A stretch of DNA of 64,000 bases from an uncultured Bacilli bacterium (GTDB taxonomy: Bacteria; Bacillota_I; Bacilli_A; RF39; UBA660). The first letter of the stretch is position 1, and every line of letters begins with the position of its first letter. Shown here one piece after another: positions 58,301 to 64,000 of the stretch. A program made the translations under genes and the position numbers. The notes under the pieces are model-generated. The model was given only the letters and a program-made list of their open reading frames with translations. It was not told the origin of the DNA and searched no databases. The stretch is taken from NCBI GenBank assembly GCA_934098395.1, contig CAKOOM010000003.1:88091-152090 (forward strand). Reading direction: 5' to 3'.

Positions 58301-58322
58301 AAATTTAAAAAGGAGGTTTTTA

Positions 58323-59330
58323 ATGGAAGAAAAAAATAATATTGTAATATATCAATTAGAAGATGGTAAAACAAAAATAGATGTAAAACTTGAAGATGAA
58401 ACCGTATGGTTATCACAACAACAGATGGCAGACCTATATGATACGACTAAACAAAATATAAGCTCACATATCAAAAATATCTTTGATGAAGAAGAATTAG
58501 ACATAAATTCAACTGTCAAGGAATTTTTGACAGTTCAAAAAGAAGGAACCCGAAAAGTTGAAAGAAAAGTTAAATATTACAATTTAGATATGATTATATC
58601 TTTAGGATATAGAATAAAATCAAAAGTAGCTACTAATTTTAGAAGATGGGCGACTGAAAGATTAAAAGAATATATGATTAAAGGCTTCACTATGGATGAT
58701 GAAAGACTTAAAGGCAATGGTGGAGGTAATTATTGGAAAGAATTACTTGCCAGAATTAAAGATATTAGGTCATCAGAAAAAGTATTATATAGACAAGTTC
58801 TTGATTTGTATGCCACAGCAATTGATTATAATCCTAAAGACAGTAAATCAATTGAATTTTTTAAAATTGTTCAAAATAAACTTCACTATGCTGCCCACGG
58901 ACATACAGCCCCTGAAGTAATATATGAAAGAGCAGATTCTGATAAACCTTTTATGGGATTAACTACTTTTAAAGGTGATTTGCCAATAATGAGTGATGTC
59001 GTAATTGCTAAAAATTATTTGACTGAAGAAGAATTGAAAATTTTAAATAATTTAGTATCTGGATATTTTGATTTTGCCGAAATACAAGCAATTAGACACA
59101 ATCCAATGCATATGGATGATTATATTAAACAACTAGATACAATCCTTTCTAGTACTGGAGAAAAGTTACTTGTTGGAGCAGGTACAGTTAGTCATGACAA
59201 AGCAATTGAAAAAGCAAAAGATGAATATAAGAAATATCAAGTAAAAACAATAAGCCCAGTTGAAAAAGAATATTTAGAAACATTAAAAACGATAAGTCAT
59301 AAAATTGATGATAAAGCAAAGAATGAATAG
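58323..59330 (+). CDS. RhuM-family protein ('virulence protein RhuM'). I place the start at ATG 58323
   Basis: IVIYQLEDGKTKIDVKLEDETVWLSQQQMADLY...GYRIKS...RRWATERLKEY matches the RhuM-family pattern. The RBS AAAGGAGG precedes ATG 58323. The tracked start at 58269 lies inside the secA terminator. Confidence 0.65.
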   Translation: MEEKNNIVIYQLEDGKTKIDVKLEDETVWLSQQQMADLYDTTKQNISSHIKNIFDEEELDINSTVKEFLTVQKEGTRKVERKVKYYNLDMIISLGYRIKSKVATNFRRWATERLKEYMIKGFTMDDERLKGNGGGNYWKELLARIKDIRSSEKVLYRQVLDLYATAIDYNPKDSKSIEFFKIVQNKLHYAAHGHTAPEVIYERADSDKPFMGLTTFKGDLPIMSDVVIAKNYLTEEELKILNNLVSGYFDFAEIQAIRHNPMHMDDYIKQLDTILSSTGEKLLVGAGTVSHDKAIEKAKDEYKKYQVKTISPVEKEYLETLKTISHKIDDKAKNE

Positions 59331-59438
59331 CATTGCATAAATAAAAGACTTGAAATCTTTTTGTTATTTGTATTTTTTTAGTGATTTTGGGGCTTTTTAT
59401 CAATAATTAAATTAAAAATAAGTATAAGGAGGAAAAAT

Positions 59439-59843
59439 ATGAATGTTGTTGGAACGATGTTTTTTAAAAACGAAAAATTATTAATAGATAAACCAAGAAA
59501 AAGGCCAACATATCAAATGATTGGTGGTAGGGTTGAGGAAGGTGAAACACCATTAGAAGCTGCAATTAGAGAATGTCATGAAGAATTAGGAAGTGAAGCA
59601 ATATTTGATAGTTCATTAATAGAGTTGGTAATGGAATTTGACGAGATAGCAACAAGTGATGGTATAACTCCAATTCATTTCTACGTTTTTAAATATAATG
59701 GAATATTAGAAGGAAAATTAAACACATCAGATGAAATCGAAAACTTTAAATGGTATGAATCTGCAGATGGAGATACGATGCTTTCAAATACATTAAAAAA
59801 TGAAGTTATTCCATACTGTCTAAAAAAGAATTTTATAAAATAG
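59439..59843 (+). CDS. NUDIX hydrolase
   Basis: Nudix box GGRVEEGETPLEAAIRECHEELG. Confidence 0.85.
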   Translation: MNVVGTMFFKNEKLLIDKPRKRPTYQMIGGRVEEGETPLEAAIRECHEELGSEAIFDSSLIELVMEFDEIATSDGITPIHFYVFKYNGILEGKLNTSDEIENFKWYESADGDTMLSNTLKNEVIPYCLKKNFIK

Positions 59844-59999
59844 TTTTATTATGTATATTTTTTATAATAGAATTATTAAATCAATTTTCTTAACTAAATG
59901 TAAAATTTATCTAAGTTGTAATTAATTAAAATTATTTTAGATGTTTTTGCCTAAATCACTCTTAAAATATAGTGTGATTAAAAAGGAAAGGATAATTTC

Positions 60000-60905
60000 A
60001 TGGATAAAATTATAGATTTAATAGTAAGAAACAATGAATTATTATTTGGAACAAACCCAAGTATTGAAAAAATTAATGTTGGATTTACAAACACTTTATA
60101 TAAAATAAATGATTCTTATATAGTTAAAATATGTACTGATATAGATAACGAAGAAGCATTTAAAAAAGAAATTGTTTTTTATAACTCTAATAAAGATAAT
60201 ATCTTAATTCCTAAATTATATTATTCAAGTACAGATAAAAAAGATGTTCCATACTTTTATGAGATTCTTGAAAAAATAAATGGTGTGTCTCTATATAATG
60301 TTTGGCATACTTATACCGAAAAGCAAAGAGAAAATATAATAAAACAATTATGTGACGCCATGAAACAAATGCACAACATTAAAGGTAGGAGATATAATTG
60401 GCCTGAATATATGAAAAAAAAGTTTAATCTTTTATATGAACAAGCCAAAAAATTAAATATTTTTAATGATGAGGAACAAGGACTATTAAATCAAGCATAT
60501 TCTAATTTTGACAAGTACCTTGAATCTAATGAGTTCGTTTTAGTTCATAATGATCTTCACTTTGATAATATACTAGTGGATAATGGTAACATTAAAATAA
60601 TAGATTTTGAAAGATCAATGTATGCACCAAGAGATTTTGAATTAGACATATTTTATAGAATGATAAGAAAACCATGGAAATTTGCCAGTGAAGAAACTGA
60701 AAAATATACAGAAATTAGTCAATACTCAAATATAATGCTATATGTTAATAAATACTATCCTGAATTAATTAATACTCCAAATTTACATGAAAGATTAAGA
60801 ATATATGATATGGTTTATTTTCTAGAACAATTAATAGAACATCCTGAACTAGATGAATTAAAAAACGATGTATTAATAGCAACAAATGGAGTTGAATCAA
60901 AATAA
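60000..60905 (+). CDS. Phosphotransferase-family kinase (APH/ChoK-like)
   Basis: Catalytic loop HNDLHFDNILVD and the IDFE motif. Confidence 0.7.
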   Translation: MDKIIDLIVRNNELLFGTNPSIEKINVGFTNTLYKINDSYIVKICTDIDNEEAFKKEIVFYNSNKDNILIPKLYYSSTDKKDVPYFYEILEKINGVSLYNVWHTYTEKQRENIIKQLCDAMKQMHNIKGRRYNWPEYMKKKFNLLYEQAKKLNIFNDEEQGLLNQAYSNFDKYLESNEFVLVHNDLHFDNILVDNGNIKIIDFERSMYAPRDFELDIFYRMIRKPWKFASEETEKYTEISQYSNIMLYVNKYYPELINTPNLHERLRIYDMVYFLEQLIEHPELDELKNDVLIATNGVESK

Positions 60906-60987
60906 ATATAACAAAATTTCATAAATAAAAGTTAAGTAAAAACTGTATTATTTATGTTATAATATTCGATACAACGGTGGTGATATA

Positions 60988-61467
60988 ATGTCTAAAATTA
61001 GTAACGTACTTACTATGATTGAATACCTAAGCACAGGAAGAAAATATAGTATTTCTGAATTGTCTGAAAAATTAGAAGTTACTCCAAGAATGATTAGAGT
61101 ATATAAGGACGAAATAGAAAAAGCTGGTATCTATATAGATACAATAAAAGGACCTTATGGTGGATATGTTTTAAATCAAAATGTAAATGTACCAAAAAGA
61201 TTTATTACACCAAGTGAAATAAATATAAAAGATAAAAATCTATTTAATTTAATAAATAGAGCAATAAAAGAAAAAAGAAAATGTCTAATAGAGTATTATT
61301 CTAAAAATAAAGAAAAGATTACAAGTAGAACTATTCATCCATACAATTTAATTCTCTTAGGCAACGAATGGGGAGTTGCTACCTATTGTGAATTAAAAGA
61401 AGAAATAAGACATTTTTATATAAACAGAATTAAACACATTGAATTACTAGATTTTTTTTATAAATGA
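60988..61467 (+). CDS. Short HTH-WYL-like transcriptional regulator (YafY-type N-terminal HTH plus a degenerate WYL domain, with no WCX domain)
   Basis: The HTH is MIEYLSTGRKYSISELSEKLEVTPRMIRVY. The WYL-like region is RTIHPYNLILLGNEWGVATYC...RHFYINRI. Confidence 0.5.
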   Translation: MSKISNVLTMIEYLSTGRKYSISELSEKLEVTPRMIRVYKDEIEKAGIYIDTIKGPYGGYVLNQNVNVPKRFITPSEINIKDKNLFNLINRAIKEKRKCLIEYYSKNKEKITSRTIHPYNLILLGNEWGVATYCELKEEIRHFYINRIKHIELLDFFYK

Positions 61468-61550
61468 CATATATATTACCTCTTTCTTTGTTAAGATTTA
61501 ACTAAGAAGGAGGTTTTATTAATTAACGATTAATAATAAATCAACATTGA

Positions 61551-61742
61551 GATTATTTAAAAGAATACCGTTCCGAAGGATATTCCAAAATATTAAATAA
61601 TGCTATTTTAAATGAAGCTAAATCACTCGGATATAAAAAAATATATTTAAAAACTGAATTAGTTAATTATTATGAAAAATTCGGAGCTATATACATAGAA
61701 AATTTAAATGATAAAGAAAAATTATATTATATTGAATTATAA
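61551..61742 (+). pseudogene. 3' remnant of a GNAT N-acetyltransferase gene (the encoded fragment ends ...EGYSKILNNAILNEAKSLGYKKIYLKTELVNYYEKFGA...). It has no start codon and no N-terminal motifs
   Basis: The reading frame is open only from 61551, after a TGA. It encodes the GNAT C-terminal beta-strands and the acetyl-CoA region. Confidence 0.45.
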
Positions 61743-61922
61743 TTTAATTAAAGAAAAAGAAATTTATGTAACTGAAAGAATGTATATCATCATGTTATAA
61801 AGAGAATCAATTATTCGTAGCATTCCAAAAAATAATTGCCAAAAATGTAAAGAAAGTAAAGAAATTGCTTACAATTTCTTTTTATTATGATATAATCTAT
61901 TTATAAAGGAGTACGAAGCATT

Positions 61923-63083
61923 ATGGATGAAGAAATATTTGATGAACAAGTTAAAAAAGTAGTAAGGGGTTTCCTAGAATTTTGTGATAAAGAAAGTATC
62001 ACCAATGATATTACCAATCTCTATCATGTTATTCTCTCACAAACCGTTGTTGTTAAAGAAAAAGATGGTAGTTATTCAATAACTCCATGTATTCAATCTT
62101 TTCCATATGAAGAAGAATTATGTCAGTATGTAAAAGAAAATGTTCTAAAAAATGATTATCATGAAGAAATTATTCCGAATAAATATATATTACAGTTTAT
62201 TACCAAATTTCTAGGTGAAAAGAGTAGAGCTAACCTTGAAGAACTTAAAAATTCTAAAATAAATGACTACTATGGCAATGTGTCATATATCAAAGAAAGA
62301 ACTGAAACGATAATCAAAGCTATTGATGAATTATTAAATGACTCCCGTACTACAGCTGAAGAAAAAGCCGAAATAGAGTCATACCAAAAAGATATCGAAG
62401 AAATATCTAAATCAATTAATTCATATAAAAATACCAAAGAATCATATCTTAATGATGTCTCTATCCCATTTGCTAGATTATTATCATATGAGGAAAAACT
62501 AACTAAAATTTCCTCGAAAAGATGGCACGAATTTGCTAAAGAAAAAGATGCTATGTTAATTCATTTCCTTCATCCGATTCATAAATTATCCGATGATATG
62601 CATCGTATTTGTACCTCATTATACACAAAAGACTTATTAAACCACGTTTGTTCCTATTTACATATTGGTTATTTCTATGATTTTAATTTTGATAATATCG
62701 TAGCCATTGGCAGTGATGACTTAGGATCTTGGGATGTTACCAAAGAAGAATTCTTAGGACAAACTAGTGAATGGCGTAAATACGGTATTTCTCCTATAAG
62801 CACCTCATGGCAGTGGAGTAACAAGAATAAATGCTTTTTTGAAAGTGGTTTGCATTCAACTTTGTATCTACCAACTACTGTCGAAAAAGAAGCTATTGCT
62901 AATGATGTATCATATACCGAAATATATTTATATAACAAAGATAAACCAATAAAACCTATCAAATGTTTTTATACCGAAGATGCCACCGAAGAAGAAATAA
63001 ATCTAATTACTGAGTTAGCTAAAGAACAAAATCTTCCTCTAGAAGAAATATATATTGGTAACGAAAGAAAAAGGAAAAAATAA
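61923..63083 (+). CDS. Hypothetical protein (386 aa)
   Basis: ORF with the promoter TTACAA-16-TATAAT and the RBS AAAGGAG. No family recognised. Confidence 0.45.
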   Translation: MDEEIFDEQVKKVVRGFLEFCDKESITNDITNLYHVILSQTVVVKEKDGSYSITPCIQSFPYEEELCQYVKENVLKNDYHEEIIPNKYILQFITKFLGEKSRANLEELKNSKINDYYGNVSYIKERTETIIKAIDELLNDSRTTAEEKAEIESYQKDIEEISKSINSYKNTKESYLNDVSIPFARLLSYEEKLTKISSKRWHEFAKEKDAMLIHFLHPIHKLSDDMHRICTSLYTKDLLNHVCSYLHIGYFYDFNFDNIVAIGSDDLGSWDVTKEEFLGQTSEWRKYGISPISTSWQWSNKNKCFFESGLHSTLYLPTTVEKEAIANDVSYTEIYLYNKDKPIKPIKCFYTEDATEEEINLITELAKEQNLPLEEIYIGNERKRKK

Positions 63084-63234
63084 AAAGAGCATGTAAATAA
63101 ACTACCAATGAAAATAGTTTATAAAAAGCTCTTTTTTTATCATCAATATAGTCATATATTACCACAAAATCACTTTTTTTTCAAGACTTGTAATATTCTC
63201 TAATATAGTGTATTAAGAATAAGAGGTGAAAAAA

Positions 63235-64000
63235 TGCAAGAAAAAAATATGACAGCTTTAGTAAGCTGTTTTGCTAGAGCTTATCACTACGAATCTAACG
63301 AATATAAAATATTTAGTGATAACCTAGCAAAAGAATTACTAACCCAAGAAGAATATCAAAACATTTCCAAAAACATGGAAGAGGGGATTTCTTTTTTCAA
63401 TAAAGACTTTACCGGCACCAAAGAAGAAGCTCTAAGATGGATAGTAAATGAAAACTTATCTCCCCAAGTATTAGGCAGAAGTGCTTTTTGTGAATCATCA
63501 TTAAAAAGAGCTATCTCCCTAGGTACCCATCAGTATCTCTTATTCGCATCAGGTTATGATACCTTTGCATATCGTTATAATAAAAATAACTTAACCATCT
63601 TTGAAATAGATACCAAAGCTATGATCGAAGACAAAATAAAAAGATTACAAAAAGCAAATCTCGATTACCACCAAGTAAATTATATAAAATGTGATTTTAC
63701 TAAAGATAATTTAAGTGAATTAATAATGAATTCTAACTATCGAAAAGACAAATTATCATTTTCTAGTCTCCTAGGACTAACTTACTATTTAACTAAAGAA
63801 GATTTTACTAACTTGATAAATTCTATCTCCAAACTTGTCTTGCCAGGTTCAACAATTGTCTTTGATTACCCCAATAAAGAAACTTGTCCTAAACAAGCCC
63901 TCATAACAAAACTAGCTAATTCGTTAAACGAAAATATGTTAGCTACCTATACTTATCAAGATATCGAAGAAATCTTATCTAATAATGATTTTCTTATCTA
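63235..64000 (+). CDS. Class I SAM-dependent methyltransferase (LCM/TIGR00027-like O-methyltransferase). It is 5'-complete and runs off the window
   Basis: It begins MQEKNMTALVSCFARAYH..., which is typical of the putative Omt family, and has the motif FASGYDTF. There is no stop within the window. Confidence 0.65.

Noticed and set aside
58269-58322. RhuM start at 58269 (MWTCYICPHFLNLKRRFLMEEK...).
   Set aside because: Position 58269 lies inside the secA terminator hairpin (58268-58296). ATG 58323 has a perfect SD (AAAGGAGG), and the family's conserved N-terminus begins there.
1-64000. An alternative genetic code (Mollicutes-like UGA=Trp) suggested by the very low GC.
   Set aside because: Long housekeeping ORFs (polC 1545 aa, secA, pheT) are intact under the standard code, and TGA is used as a genuine stop, for example at 36897-36899, 49139-49141 and 61548-61550.
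1-64000. A mobile element, prophage or integrative element.
   Set aside because: I found no transposase, integrase, recombinase, terminal inverted repeats or att-like tRNA junctions. The only mobility-suggestive signs are a RhuM-family gene, a GNAT gene remnant and duplicated promoter/terminator modules, which I report as accessory or rearranged DNA rather than as a defined element.

Overview
The window is a 64-kb stretch of a low-GC (~28-30 % GC) Firmicutes chromosome. It uses the standard genetic code: long intact ORFs, and TGA/TAA/TAG all serve as stops. PolC, a SecDF fusion, EzrA, a dacB-spmA-spmB sporulation operon and SipW-type signal peptides point to a Bacillus/Clostridium/Erysipelotrichia-like spore-former lineage. 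Almost all genes are on the + strand.

The backbone is housekeeping: polC, a T-box-controlled aspS and pheST, ruvA/ruvB, lexA, mtaB, frr, fbp (class III), xfp phosphoketolase, ezrA, secDF, relA, dtd, a SEDS protein, a Ca2+ P-type ATPase, dacB-spmAB and secA.

Between these core genes sit several unusual elements:
- a leader-peptide/terminator attenuator in front of an ABC-F ATPase, so the ABC-F is a candidate antibiotic-resistance (ARE) type;
- three tandem monocistronic genes for TasA/camelysin-like secreted proteins with SipW-cognate signal peptides. Two share a 73-bp identical promoter/RBS/N-terminus module containing the palindrome TTGCATTTTGCAA, and no sipW is adjacent;
- a fourth, 582-aa SipW-cognate secreted protein whose last ~90 codons are encoded by anomalously GC-rich DNA;
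- a ~110-bp terminator+promoter module duplicated upstream of that gene and upstream of a zinc-ribbon/TM/HExxH membrane protein;
- a ClpX-family AAA+ ATPase that lacks the canonical zinc-binding N-domain and is packed in an operon with aspS and ttcA;
- a small transmembrane ORF divergent from lexA, next to paired AAAC-N4-GTTT palindromes;
- a tandemly duplicated ~300-370-bp intergenic element. One copy encodes a 28-aa hydrophobic peptide, and both carry a convergent promoter and a shared bidirectional terminator, so it resembles a type I toxin-antitoxin module;
- an orphan DinJ/RelB antitoxin flanked by a duplicated 25-bp terminator hairpin;
- an accessory cluster downstream of secA: RhuM, NUDIX, APH-like kinase, a short WYL regulator, a GNAT remnant and a SAM-methyltransferase.

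I found no rRNA, tRNA, CRISPR array or transposase/integrase.
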